32,000 nucleotides of DNA from NCBI RefSeq assembly GCF_001272835.1, contig NZ_CP010546.1, forward strand, positions 662,809 to 694,808, in the 5' to 3' direction. The translations under genes and the position numbers were made by a program. The notes below the pieces were generated by a model. The model had not been told where the DNA came from, did no database searches, and worked only from the letters and a program-made list of their open reading frames with translations. The DNA is from Mycoplasmoides pneumoniae FH. Lineage in GTDB: Bacteria; Bacillota_I; Bacilli_A; Mycoplasmatales; Mycoplasmoidaceae. Of the stretch, positions 1-11,815 are shown one piece after another. How positions within the stretch are numbered: position 1 is the first letter of the stretch; each line of letters begins with the position of its first letter.

Positions 1-338
1 TCTATGCCAAGTTCGGTTTCGGTGGCTGTTTTAGTGCTAATCATGTCACTAAAAAAGCCCTTCATAATTTGGGAAAAAATAACACCAGAGTTACCGCGTG
101 AGAAAAGTAAAAGGTCACGGGTAAAGCTTTTGCCCAAATCACTAAAGCTCTTAATGTGGCTAATTTCACTCTCTAGTTTTTTGAACGCTTCACTCAACGT
201 GACCTTCATGTTTGTCCCCGTATCACCATCTGGCACCGGGAAAACATTGAGTTGATTAATGTATTCGAAATTATTAGCTATATTCTTACAACCAAGACGC
301 AACATGTCAATAAAGTTGCTTAAATTTACTGTAGACAT
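1..338 (-). CDS. fakA: Fatty acid kinase subunit FakA / DhaL-domain kinase, N-terminal part (runs off the left window edge)
   Basis: Reverse frame from ATG (cat 336-338): MSTVNLSNFIDMLRLGCKNIANNFEYINQLNVFPVPDGDTGTNMKVTLSEAF...; NVFPVPDGDTGTNM is the DhaL/FakA nucleotide-binding motif. Confidence 0.88.
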   Translation of the reverse strand, partial: MSTVNLSNFIDMLRLGCKNIANNFEYINQLNVFPVPDGDTGTNMKVTLSEAFKKLESEISHIKSFSDLGKSFTRDLLLFSRGNSGVIFSQIMKGFFSDMISTKTATETELGI

Positions 339-392
339 ACGAAGTTAAAACCTGTTTTATCTGTGATAAATCGGTTTATATTGCCATTAATT

Positions 393-1373
393 TTAAATTG
401 AAACCCCTTTAATTAAACTAGCAAATCACGGTACTAGTTGGCTTTTAAACTGCCGTTGCGAGTAATTAGCCAGTAAGGGAAATTTCTGCTTATCTAATTG
501 GGCAAAACTTAGATTTGTGGCATGTAAGGCTTGGTGTTTAAAATCGCGGTTACGGTTTTTAAATTGCAGTAATTGGTATTTTCTATCACCAACTAACTGG
601 GTATTCAAGAGGTTTAAGCAAGCACGAATTTGGTGGGTTTTACCACTTACTAAGCGTATAGTAAGCAACGAAAGATCTAACTTAGTTAAGTACTTACTGT
701 TTTCAAAAATGGTGGTAATCGGTTTAGCGTTAGGAAATGGTTTGGCCTTAACTGTTACCAAAGCTTGATAAGCATCTTTCGCTCAATAAGCTTTTTGTGT
801 GCCCTTAAAATTAAATGGGCCAAACACTAATCCTTGGTATTGTTTCATTAACAAGTTATGGCGAAAAACCGCCTCTAACTCCTGTAATGCCTGGTTGGTT
901 TTAGCACCTATTACCAAACCACAGGTATTACGATCAATTCGGTGCGCAAACCGTGGTATGAAGCTAAGACTGTTTTTAAAGTATTGATTATAACCACAGT
1001 GTTTCAGTAAGCTGTTAGCTAAATTAAACAGTTCGTGTTTAGCATCGGGTTGACACACTACACCCGCTGGTTTGTCCACCACAATGAGCTGTTCATCCTC
1101 AAAGATTACCTGCAAATCATCTTGGACTTGGGTTAAATCCACTACTTCGCTGTGGTTGTGTAAGTAAGGTTCAATTGCAAACTGAAAAACGATTGTATCA
1201 CCGCTGCTAACACGCTGACCTAATTTAGCCTTCGTGTTATTGAGCAAGACCTTACCTAAGCGCAACAATTTAAAGAACTGACTTAGCTTAATGTTGGGCA
1301 ACAACTTTAAACAAAACTTTTCAATCCTAACGTTTTCAACAGCTTTAGGCACTACAAACTTAGCTGTTGACAT
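393..1373 (-). CDS. RluD/RluC-family large subunit rRNA pseudouridine synthase
   Basis: Code 4 joins track ORFs 783..1373 and 426..761 through TGA (783-785, 426-428) to TAA at 393-395; motifs IVVDKPAGVVCQPD, PRFAHRIDRNTCGLVIGAK. Confidence 0.9.
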
Positions 1374-2337
1374 GCTTTTGTTTGGCTAAAAAGTCATCCA
1401 TAATTTCCACTAACTTCATAAACTGACGCTTGTCATCCAACACAAAGGCAGCAGCATACTTGTGCCCACCACCACCAAACATTTGCGCAAAGTTATTAAT
1501 CGGAATTGAGCGTGAACGAATGGAACCAATTCACTTCTTAATGTCTTCGTTAAAGTAACAAGTCGTCCAAATTTTGACTCCTTTGATGTTGTTTAAAGCG
1601 TGCACCATCGGTAGTGGTGAGACCACCCCAAACTGCTTATAAGTCCCTTTTTTAAGAAGTGCGTAAGCCAAACCATTCGGGGTGATCTTGGCTTTGTTTA
1701 AGACATAGCTAAAGTACTTGTGTTCTAAAAGTGGTTTTAGATAAACTGCATCATGAACCTTATTGCGGTTAAATCCAGTTTCTAGTAACTTAGCAGTTAA
1801 AGCAAAGGTTTGTGGGGTGGTAGCGGAACTGGAAAAGCGCTGTGTATCGGTAATAATACCCGCATAAATGTAAGCAGCCATCTCAGCATTAAGTTCATAA
1901 CCCATTTGCAAGATTAAGTAACCGACCATTTCTGCTGCTGCTGAAAAAGCCGGGTCAATCCATTCCAGATCAGCAAAACTCTCGGTTTTAGGATGGTGAT
2001 CAATCCGCACGGTTTCTTTAGCTAATTTATGTTTTTGGGTTAATACTCGTTCTTGGTTGGAGGTGTCAAAGATAATTGCCAATGAGTTTTTTACAAACGC
2101 ATCATCAATAGGTGCCGCTTCAAAGGGGAACAAATCTTTCCCGTCAGCCTTAATGTTGTGTGATCCCATCACGTAAGCCTTTTTATGGGGGAAGTAAACC
2201 GCTAAAAAGGCCTTAAAGGCAAAAGCAGCGCCAAAGGCATCAAAGTCCGGGTTTACATGCACATATAACGAAAAGTTATCGAATGTCTTGAGTTTATTAG
2301 TTAGGTTATGAATAAAATGGGGATCGATGTTAATCAT
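1360..2337 (-). CDS. nrnA: DHH/DHHA1 phosphoesterase, NrnA-like oligoribonuclease/PAP phosphatase
   Basis: Start MINIDPHF... at 2337; NPDFDAFGAAFAFKAF, RIDHHPKTE, C-terminal MFGGGGHKYAAAF; TGA at 1531 read as Trp, stop TAA 1360-1362. Confidence 0.85.
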
Positions 2338-3493
2338 TTTGCAGCTTCTTGACACCAGCTTCAATTAGTTCACGGACAAACAAAAGTTCACTCTCAAGCT
2401 TTTCAACGATCGCTAACTTAGCCTTAGTAGTTGGTTTTTTGGGAGCAAACACAGTACAGGTATCCATATGGTGCTCAATTGAAGTTTCAAAGGTACCCAG
2501 TGCCTTAGCTCATTCAATTATTTTATCTTTACTTAAGCCTATTAACGGGCGAATCACAAAGGTATTGGGCACAACAGCTTGGATTACCTTCAAATTATCA
2601 ATTGTTTGTGAAGCTACTTGTCCCAATGCTTCCCCGGTGATTAAACAATCATATTTAAACAAACTAGCAATCTTGTAAAAGCAACGGCGCATTAAAACAA
2701 TCCGGTATCCTTCCAGACTAATATGACTCAACTCTTTCTGTAAATCGGTAAAGTCAAAGACAAACAGTCTCCCAGTACAAAGCGTTTGGTTAAGGGAAAC
2801 TAAGTTAGCTAACCGTTGAATTTTGCCTATTGTGGCAGCGTTATGTCCGGGCTCATTAATAAAAGTAATAAAGTCAACATTAAAACCTCGTTGTAAAACT
2901 AGGGAAGCGGCTACTGGACTGTCTATGCCACCAGACAGTAACGCCAAAGCAGTACCACTAGTAAAGACCGGTAGACCACCAATACCATTAAAGCTTTCAC
3001 TAATTATTAGGAAATGTTCCTTAGTTACTTCGACATGCACCGTAATGGCAGGGTCAACTAACTTACCCTTCAATTGGTATTTTTCCCATAACTGTAAAGC
3101 TAGGTACTTTTTGAAGGCACTGGAATTGCAAGCAAATAATTTATCACGCCGTCTTACCTCAATTTTGAACGATGGGTGGGATTGTACCACTTGCTGTAGC
3201 AGTGCTAACAATTGCGCTTCATCATGAGGGATTTGTAAGGCAAACAAGCAAACACTCAAACCCGGTAATCTGGTAAAGAGATTTTTTAATAACGATCTTT
3301 GGGTGGAAATTACTTCACCCACTACCAACATGTCAAACTGGTAGTCAACTGGGTTAGTAATGCTTAGTTTCTTAAAGGCTTGTTTAACGTTCTTTTTGAG
3401 TTGTTTGACAAACTGCAAGCGGTTCTTGCCCTTTAAAACAAGTTCGCCATAACGGCAGATTAGAATAGTATTTGGTTCATTATGCAATCCCAT
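2330..3493 (-). CDS. thiI: ThiI-like tRNA 4-thiouridine/thiamine sulfurtransferase
   Basis: CRYGELVLKGKNRLQF THUMP/NFLD start, PP-loop ALLSGGIDSPVAAS; TGA 2510 read as Trp, ends ...GVKKLQND* at 2330. Confidence 0.88.
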
Positions 3494-4325
3494 TTTCCCT
3501 CAGTCACTCCCAGTCTTGTGAGGTTAATTGTGGACTTTTACCAGTACGAATAAAACTGTTGTACCACAGCTGTGCTTTATTAGTTAAAACTTCAAAGGCC
3601 TTGCGATCAATTTGTACTGGTACCAAACGGATGTCGCGTTGCTTTGCTTCAAACCATTCGGGATGCACATAGTCTTGTGGTTCTAAAAAAGCAATCGCAA
3701 ACATTCCTTTGGTAATATTGCGCAAGTACAAATACAACCCAATTTGGCAATAGTAAGCCGGGCTAATCACGATTTTGCCGTTACTGTCAAACCAACTATC
3801 TTTCTTTCCGTTAATCTTTTTGACAATCGGCATGCCGTTTTCATCAAACACAATTTTGAGGTTACCGTTAATCTTTTTATAGACCAAAGAATCACAGGAA
3901 GTGGTTTTAATTTCTAACATCGGCGCATTGGTATCGTAAGCCAATTTTCCATAAACATCGACCGGTTCCCCATCAGGAATTCCTCCAAAAACTGGATTTT
4001 CAGGAAAGAGATCCCACTTAACCTCCTTGGGATCATACGAATGGAAATTAAAACCAGTTTTAGCTATCACATAATCACGGATTTTGGGTTCAATAACTTG
4101 CCCCGCGCGTGAGAGTGTTTCATCAAATTCATCCTCATAAATCTTGACCATGTTAGCTCAAGTTTTAAGTGAAGTTTCATACTCAGAAATACCTATTACT
4201 TTACCAAATCGGGTACCGGTAATCTTGCGAAAACTACCTTTATGTTTTTGAAAATAGTTGTTTGACAAAACTATTTGGTTGTCAATAATATCAAAATCGA
4301 TTTTGTACTGTTTGGTAAATCCCAT
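3480..4325 (-). CDS. Putative nuclease with YqaJ-like PD-(D/E)XK features
   Basis: Code-4 ORF MGFTKQYKIDFDIIDNQIVLSNNYF...ANMVKIYEDEFDETLSRAG...GGIPDG...LEIKTTS...SPAYYCQIGLYLYL...WLRENGIA*; the TGA/Trp upstream of track start 4151 extends it to ATG 4325. Confidence 0.65.
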
Positions 4326-4331
4326 AAATCA

Positions 4332-5141
4332 TTACAAGAGTTGTGCACAAAGCTTTTGTAACACATCAGGAATGTCCTGCACTGTTAAACCTTCATTGTT
4401 CTGTTTCTTGATGAAAACAGCACTAGCTAACTGCTCACTGTTTTGCACCAAAGTTTCATCTAAGTTAATGTAGTGCACATCTTTAAGCATTAAGCCTTGG
4501 GTCTTAGTGTATTTTTCCAGTGCATTAAATTTAGTTACTTTATTACTTGTAAACAACAGGTTATTGGGATAGAAATTGCTGTGGGTAAAGCGTGGTTGAC
4601 CACTAGCAATTTGGTCAATAAAAGCTAAGTCCATGTGGTATTGGGGACTAAAGACGTAGATAGAACTGAGTTCCAATTTACCGAGTTGTTTTAAAAAGTT
4701 TTCGTACTTTAAGGTTTGTTCAAAGTCCGTTAACCACAGCGACTTAAAGTCCTTGTACTTTTGTAGTGAAATGAAATAGTTAGCTGATAAATTAGCGGTA
4801 TCATCAACGCGGCTTTTACCCATGGTAAAGATCCCGGAATTGGTAATCACAGCGTGGTGGATAATGACATTAATACTAGCGAGGTCTAAAAAGGCTTGAT
4901 AGTCATACTGATTGGTTTTGCAAAACCAGGTAATGGCACCTGATTCCGCAATTACATCAACGTTGTTGAGTGAAAGTAAATCTAACAGATACACAATTGT
5001 TTGCTGTCAGCAACTCGAAATAAAAACGAGCTGGTGCTTTTCTTGTGCCTTATTGAAAAAATCCTTTCAAATTGCTAGGTCGTTAGCAGCGTCAAAGAAG
5101 TTAGCTGGATTAATATCTAGAGCAACAATCTTTCTATCCAT
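4332..5141 (-). CDS. HAD superfamily (Cof-like) protein, apparently catalytically degenerate
   Basis: MDRKIVALDINPANFF...HQLVFISSCWQQTIVYLLDLLSLNNVDVIAESGAITW...NKVTKFNALEKY...; joins track ORF 4332..4994 to ATG 5141 through TGA codons. Confidence 0.65.
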
Positions 5142-6828
5142 CCTTACGCACTTTTTTGACAAAGTTAGCTCAATACAGTTTCTGTACCTTCTCACCTTTA
5201 AAGCCACGACAAGTTATTCGAGTAAGATCCTGCATCTCCTTATCGCCGACAATAATTTGCAGTGGAATCTTGTTAACAATGGCTGTGCGAACTTTTTTGC
5301 CCAAACGATCTTCGCTCTCATCTAGGCTGACCCTAATGTTTTCCTTTAACAATTTTTGGTACAGTTTTTTGGCAGCCTTTTCGTGTTTATCGATGTTAAC
5401 CGGAATCACCACTACTTGTACTGGTGCCATTCACAACGGTAGATTGCCATGAGTTTTTTCCAATAAAGCAGCAATAAAACGCTCGTACGTACCGACTATG
5501 CCAACGTGAATAATTACGGGAGTTTGAGCATTGCTCTGCTCATCAAAGTAACGCAATTCAAAGCGTTCTGGCAGTAAAAAATCCAGTTGAATAGTGGCAA
5601 TGGTAATCATCTTATTGAGTGCCGTTTTAAACTGAAAGTCAATTTTAGGTCCATAAAAAGCAGCTGCACCCACATCAATTTTATAGGGCACATTTAACTC
5701 CTTAAACACGCTTTCAATTTGGCTTTCTGAGTTAGCTCATAACTGATCGTTGTCAATGAATTTGGCCTTGTTATTAGGATCGTGTAAGGCCAAGTCAATT
5801 CGGTCAAAGCTAAAACCAAACTTGTTGTTGACCGTTTGGATTAACTTAAAGGCATTTTTAATCTCAGCTTTAATTTGGTCAGTACGACAAAAGATGTGGT
5901 TGTCGAGCAGTGTCATGCACCTTACCCGTTCCAAACCAGTAAGCCCACCCGATGCTTCAAAGCGGTGCAAGATGGAATCCTCACAGAAGCGTTGTGGTAA
6001 CTCTTTGTAAGAGCGGCGTTTGTGCTTGAAAATCAAACAGTGGTGCGGACAGGTCATTGGCCGGAGCATCATCATTTGGTTTTCTAATTTGACAGAGGGG
6101 AACATGTCCTCACTATAGTGCACATAGTGACCACTAATCTTGTACAGCTCTAAGTTAGCTAATACTGGTGAAGATACCGTTTTAAAACCAAACATTAACT
6201 GTTGGTAGTGGACAAAATCACCAATAATCTTTTTTAAAACTGCTCCCTTTTCCAATCAAATCGGAAAGCCTGCACCGACTAAGGGATCAAAGGTAAAGAT
6301 CTCTAAACGCTTACCAATAGCACGGTGATCATTTTGGTATTTTTGTTCATTAGCCGCAATAAGACTTTTAAGCTGTTCTTTAGAGGCTGCAAAAATTCCC
6401 ACAAGCCTTTGTAGTTGTGGTTTTGTGGGATCACCTAAAAAATAGTTGGCACTAACATTGAGCAGTTTCACAAAGCCCTGTTTGGGTAATGGCAACACTA
6501 AATCATGCACCCAAAATGTTTGTTCATTTACGGTGGTAACTACAAGGCTGTTGCTTTCTATACTTTCAATAAGCGTGGTTGTAAACGGATCAGCTTGAAA
6601 AAATTTGAGTGATTTTGTCTTATCAATTTTTGTCTGAACAACATTATTTAACTGATTAAAATAAGCATTTAAGTCCTGTTCGAGCTGTTCAAACTCTTTA
6701 ATGGAAAAGCTCTTTTCCACCTTAAAGTCAAGGTAAAACTCGCCTTCTTGTACCCCGTAACTACCAAACTGTACTTGAGGATAGTTAGCTTTTAATCAGC
6801 TTTGTAATAAAAGAACACCAGCTAGCAT
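5134..6828 (-). CDS. thrS: Threonyl-tRNA synthetase
   Basis: Four track ORFs joined through TGA; MMLRPMTCPHHCLIFKHKRRSYKELPQRF, CRTDQI, anticodon-binding domain MAPVQVVVIPVN; 564 aa. Confidence 0.93.
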
Positions 6829-7142
6829 TAGATCTCTTTGTAATCGATAACTATTTCGTTTTTCGGATTGAAAATCTTGACAATTTCAATTGTGGTCTTT
6901 CAAATTTCACTCTTACGCTCTAAATAAGTGCGCAAAATGCCTTCAATACTAATGGTCTTGTACTTCTTGGTGTGTTTCTCCAATTCGTAAGCCAGTTGAC
7001 CATTGGCATAAATGACGTAATAGTCAGTAAATAAACGCTCGCCAAAAAAGCGCATTTGCTTAATGGTTACTAAAAATCCAGTTTTTTTAACGCTTCAGCA
7101 CGAACTTTCTATCTCACCCTCCAAAAAAACGCGGTTAAGCAT
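6828..7142 (-). CDS. Small single-stranded DNA-binding-like protein (recalled MPN554 family with a solved SSB-like structure)
   Basis: Code-4 ORF absent from the track: MLNRVFLEGEIESSCWSVKKTGFLVTIKQMRFFGERLFTDYYVIYANGQLAYELEKHTKKYKTISIEGILRTYLERKSEIWKTTIEIVKIFNPKNEIVIDYKEI* (104 aa); OB-fold-like pattern. Confidence 0.75.
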
Positions 7143-7143
7143 A

Positions 7144-7725
7144 TTAGTTTGGTAATTGTCCAGTTAAGTTAAAGTGAAATTTAAAGTGGTTGATGGTTTC
7201 TAACACCATGCGCTCTTCTAGCAAGGCTGTACGCACACCCTCAAACTTTTGTTTATCATCCAAGTATTCGCGCACACTTTGATTGGTTTTTTCGTAATAA
7301 AGACTAATTACATTCTTCACCACTTCATCAGTGATTTCCACTTTCCATTCTTTTTGGAGGTGGTTAAACACTAAAGCCTTCTTAATAATTTTTTCAGCAA
7401 TTGCTTGCACGGTGTTGTCCTCAGCGCCCTGAATCACATCACGCTTTAGACCTTCCATGACATTCTTCAATTCAGCTTCATCGATGTTGAATTCAAAGTA
7501 ACCCACAATAGCATTCATGGCACAGGAAAAGAGGTTGTCCTTAATGACAATGTGCGTTAGTTCATGATAAAGCGCACTTTCCTTAGCGTCCTTAAAGGAA
7601 GCTAAGATCCGTTGGCGGTGTTGTTCAATAAAAGCAGGGTCAGCAAAGATGCGTTCTACTTCAATTACCTTATCGTACTGAATTGGTTTAACTAGTTTAG
7701 CGGTTGATTTAAGATTTGTAGCCAT
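7144..7725 (-). CDS. Trigger factor/SurA-like chaperone-domain protein (recalled MPN555 family)
   Basis: 193 aa ORF MATNLKSTAKLVKPIQYDKVIEVERIFADPAF... matches recalled MPN555 size and position. Confidence 0.7.
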   Translation of the reverse strand: MATNLKSTAKLVKPIQYDKVIEVERIFADPAFIEQHRQRILASFKDAKESALYHELTHIVIKDNLFSCAMNAIVGYFEFNIDEAELKNVMEGLKRDVIQGAEDNTVQAIAEKIIKKALVFNHLQKEWKVEITDEVVKNVISLYYEKTNQSVREYLDDKQKFEGVRTALLEERMVLETINHFKFHFNLTGQLPN

Positions 7726-7767
7726 ATTTAATATCGTTTAAATTGTAATTCTTAAACCAACGCCCTT

Positions 7768-9381
7768 TTACATTTGTTGTGGTGCAGTAATGTTTAAGAT
7801 TTGCAATAGCTGACCAAAAACATGGTGCAATGATTGCAGTAAAAGTAAGCGTTGCTGGGTTAAATTGTACTGCGCTGGATCGTTAATTTTGCAAGCCTTA
7901 TACCAAGAATGAAACAAGGTAGCTGTCTCGTATAAGTAATTAGTTAAGAGGTGCAGTTCATGGCTAACCTGAACTTTTTCCAGTAAGCTCTTAAAGTACA
8001 CTAACTGGTCTAGTAAAGCAATTTCCTTTTCATGCGTTAATAAGCTGCAGTCATTTACTTGAGCTAGTGCTGCTTGATCCACTACCTTTAATACACTGCA
8101 CATTCTGGCATACGCATATTGCACGTAATAAACCGGATTGGAAGAGTTTTGCAGGTTAGCAGTGTCCAAATCAATCTTGATAATCGAGTTGTTGGTTTGC
8201 GACAACATAAACCAACGCGCCGCATCCTCACTGAGCATTTGCAACATTTGCTTAATGGTAATAACGTTGCCAGCACGTTTGGACAATCTGACTATTTCCT
8301 TATTCTTGTACAGCATTACCAACTGTAAGGCAGTAATTTTGAGCTGGCATTTTTGGTGAATCTTTAGTCCCTCATAAACACAGTGCATCCGTTTAATGTG
8401 CCCTTCATGATCACTGCCCCAAATGTCGTATAAGAGGTCAAAGCCCCGCGCAGCCTTGTCTAAGTGGTAAGCGACATCGGTACCAAAGTAAGAAGGCCGA
8501 TTGTCTTGACGCACTAACACCCGGTCCTTATCATCACCATAGAGCGTAGTCTTCAATCAAATGGCACCATCCTTTTCATAGTGCGCTTCGTCCTTAAACT
8601 GGGTTAACAGTTTTTTGTAATCTGTTTCCTTAACCACTTGACTTTCAAACTTCCAGCTGTCAAAGTGAATGTGGATTGTAGCTAAGTCTTGCTTAATTAC
8701 TTCCAAGACTTTGGCAGTACAGTCAGCTAGTAACTGGTCCAGAAAGGGTTGTTGTAAAAACTCTTCAAAGCTGATGTTATCTAAAGGAATACCGGTAATA
8801 GTTTTGGCAATACTGTCCACTAGCTCCCCCTCATAACCATCAGGGTGAGGAGTGACCTTAATGTTTTGTTGTAAGTGGAGTGCTTGGTACACACTAAAAC
8901 CAAACACCCGTGCTTGTTGACCATAGTCATTGACCCAGTATTCCCGAACTGTTTGAAAGCCTAAAAAAACCATCAGGTTATTGAGTACATGACCAAAGAA
9001 GGCATTGCGGACATGACCTAAGTGCAACTCACCCGTGGGGTTAGCCGACACCCATTCAATTAGAACCTTAGTTGGTTTAGGGGCAAAAGTAGGTTTGGTT
9101 TTTAAAAAATCGAGGTATTTTTGAGGGCTAATTTCAAAGTTAATGAAGTTGTTATTAGCGACAAACACACGGCGGTAATGCGCCTTTTTGTGTTTTAACA
9201 ACCAAGCAGCAATCTGTTGGGCGGTTTCCTTTTGATTTACACCCTTTAAGTGGAACACAACGGTGGAAGCAAAACCACTAAAGCTGTTGTTTTTAACAAG
9301 TTTGACTAACTCTTTGTGCTCATCAAATTCTAGATTCAAAGCGTTAAGACATTCTTGAAGATCTGTGTTAATGAAAAGCAT
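7768..9381 (-). CDS. argS: Arginyl-tRNA synthetase
   Basis: SANPTGELHLGHVRNAFFG (HIGH motif), DYGQQARVFG, KRAGNVITI; two track ORFs joined by TGA at 8557; 537 aa. Confidence 0.93.
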
Positions 9382-9388
9382 TACTTAA

Positions 9389-9396
9389 ATTATATT
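9389..9396. promoter_or_regulatory. Putative overlapping divergent -10 elements for argS (-) and mnmG (+)
   Basis: 27-nt intergenic gap. Minus-strand TATAAT (plus 9389-9394) overlaps plus-strand TATATT (9391-9396). Confidence 0.4.
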
Positions 9397-9408
9397 TAAC
9401 CTTGCAAA

Positions 9409-11247
9409 ATGTCTTTTACACTAACAGTTATTGGTGGCGGTCATGCCGGATTAGAGGCCGCATTTATTGCTAGTAAACTAGGGCTAAAAGTTAACCTCTT
9501 AGTACTAGATCCCAACCATGTGGGGTCGTGTCCCTGTAACCCGGCCATAGGAGGTCCTGCTAAAGGTATAGTAACCCGGGAAATCGATGTTTTAGGAGGG
9601 ATGCAGGGTAAGGCCGCTGATGCCACTGCTTTACAATACAAGCTGCTCAACAGCTCGAAAGGTCCAGCAGTGCAAGCAATCCGCGCTCAAATAGACAAAA
9701 TTGCTTATCAGAAGTGGTTTCGCCAGCAAATTGACCAAACGCCTAACATTGAGTTAATTGCTGGGGAAGCCGTTGATATCCTTGAAAGTAACGGTAAAGT
9801 TAAAGGTGTCGTGTTAGCTGATGGTAGTGAACTGGCATCAGATGCTGTTATTGTGACTACGGGAACTTATCTAAAGGCCAAAACTTACTGTGGTAGCTTA
9901 AGCAAAGAAGAAGGTCCTGACCGCGCTAAGCGCAGTGAATACCTTTCCACTAACTTAATTAAGCGGGGTTTTAAAACGTTACGACTAAAAACTGGGACAC
10001 CACCACGGATCCTACGCGAATCACTCGACTTTAGCCAAATGGCTGTGGAAGCTAACACTACCCCTCATTTAGCCTTTAGCTTTACTACTAAGAATTATTT
10101 ACCACTAGAACAGCAAGTGATCTGTCACTTAATCCATACCAATCCCCAGATCCATCAGTTAATTCTGGCCAACTTAAAACAGTCCGCTGTCTTTAACGGT
10201 AGTATTAAAGCAAACGGACCACTTTACTGTCCGAGTATTGAAGACAAGGTATTTCGCTTTCAAGACAAAGAACGGCACCAAATCTTTGTCGAACCTGAAT
10301 CACTTAGTTTAGAAACGGTTTACCTAGCAGGGTTTTCCACTTCCTTTCCCCCAGAGGTGCAAGAGCACATTGTCCGTTTACTCCCTGGGTTTAAAAATGC
10401 CCGGTTTCAAAAGTATGGCTATGCCATTGAATATGATGCCTTTAGTTCGATACAACTCAAATCAACACTAGAAACTAAGTTAATTCAAAATCTGTATTTT
10501 GCCGGACAGATTAATGGTACCAGTGGGTATGAGGAAGCAGCTGGCCAGGGCTTAATCGCTGGGATTAACGCCGCTTTAAAGCTACAGCGTAAACCCGAAT
10601 TTGTGTTACAGCGCAATGAGGCATACCTTGGTGTCATGATTAACGACCTGGTTACTAAGGAAATTAGTGATCCCTACCGCTTGTTAACTTCGCGCGCTGA
10701 ACACCGTTTGTGGTTGCGCAATGATAACTTACAAGAACGTCTAATTGAAAAGAGCCGAGCCTTAGGTTTAGTGGAAGCAGATGTGTATGCCAATTACTTG
10801 GAACAACAACAAAAGAAAAAACAATTAATTGATTATTTGCAAACCACTACCGTTGGGCAAATTGCTGCCTTGAAATTAAACTTTAAAAACACGGCCCAAA
10901 CGCTGTTTGACTTTACCAAGCGTGCTGAAATTAAGCTGGTTGATTTAGTACAACTACTCCCCAAGCGTTTTGACTTGGATGTACAAAGTTTAAACCAGAT
11001 TGACATTGACATTAAGTACGCTGGTTACATTAAGAAGAGTGAAAAGTACTTCAAGAGTTTAAACAACCTCAGTAGTGTCAAAATTCCCTTAAAGTTAAAT
11101 TACCACAAAGTACCTAACTTAGCGAGTGAAGCAATTGTTAAACTCTCCAAAATTAGACCAACTGATCTCAGTGTAGCTAGTCAAGTAGCGGGCATTAACT
11201 TTAACGATATTTTAGCGATTAAACATTTTTTAGATAACCATGAATAA
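9409..11247 (+). CDS. mnmG: tRNA uridine-5-carboxymethylaminomethyl(34) synthesis enzyme MnmG (GidA)
   Basis: 612 aa; FAD motif [70 protein letters not shown]. Confidence 0.96.
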
Positions 11248-11815
11248 CAGTAAATTGAAACAGTATGTTCAACTAGTACAAACAGCCAACCAAAACTTTA
11301 ACCTCACCGGTCTTAAAACTGAAGGCGAAATTTACGAACACTTAGTCCAAGAAATTATCGAGCTCTTTAATGAGTATGACAGTTACTTTGACCATAAAAA
11401 GGTTGCAGATTTGGGTAGTGGAAATGGTTGTCCTGGTGTCATCTTAAAGCTGTTGTTTCCCCAAATCAAAACTTTGGATTTAATTGATAGCAAACACAAA
11501 AAGGTTAACTTTTTAAAAGAGGTGATTCAAACACTGGAACTAAACAATACCCAAGCACTTTGTGCCAGAATTGAAAACCACACTGAACAATACGACACTT
11601 TATGCTCCCGCGGACTTGGCAGCATTATTGAGGTTAATGCCTTTGCTTTAAAACTGTTAAAGCCCAACGGCATTATCTTCCACATTAAACAAAGCTTAGA
11701 TCAATACCTCGAGTTTGAGGATTCGGAGCAAAAAGACCAGTTTAAACCACTGTTCTTTAAGTTTTTCCATGGCAAGCGCCAGCAAATCCTGATTGCCATG
11801 AAGAAAAATGTTTAA
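11240..11815 (+). CDS. rsmG: 16S rRNA (guanine527-N7)-methyltransferase RsmG (GidB)
   Basis: 191 aa, [44 protein letters not shown]; sits directly after mnmG. Confidence 0.92.
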
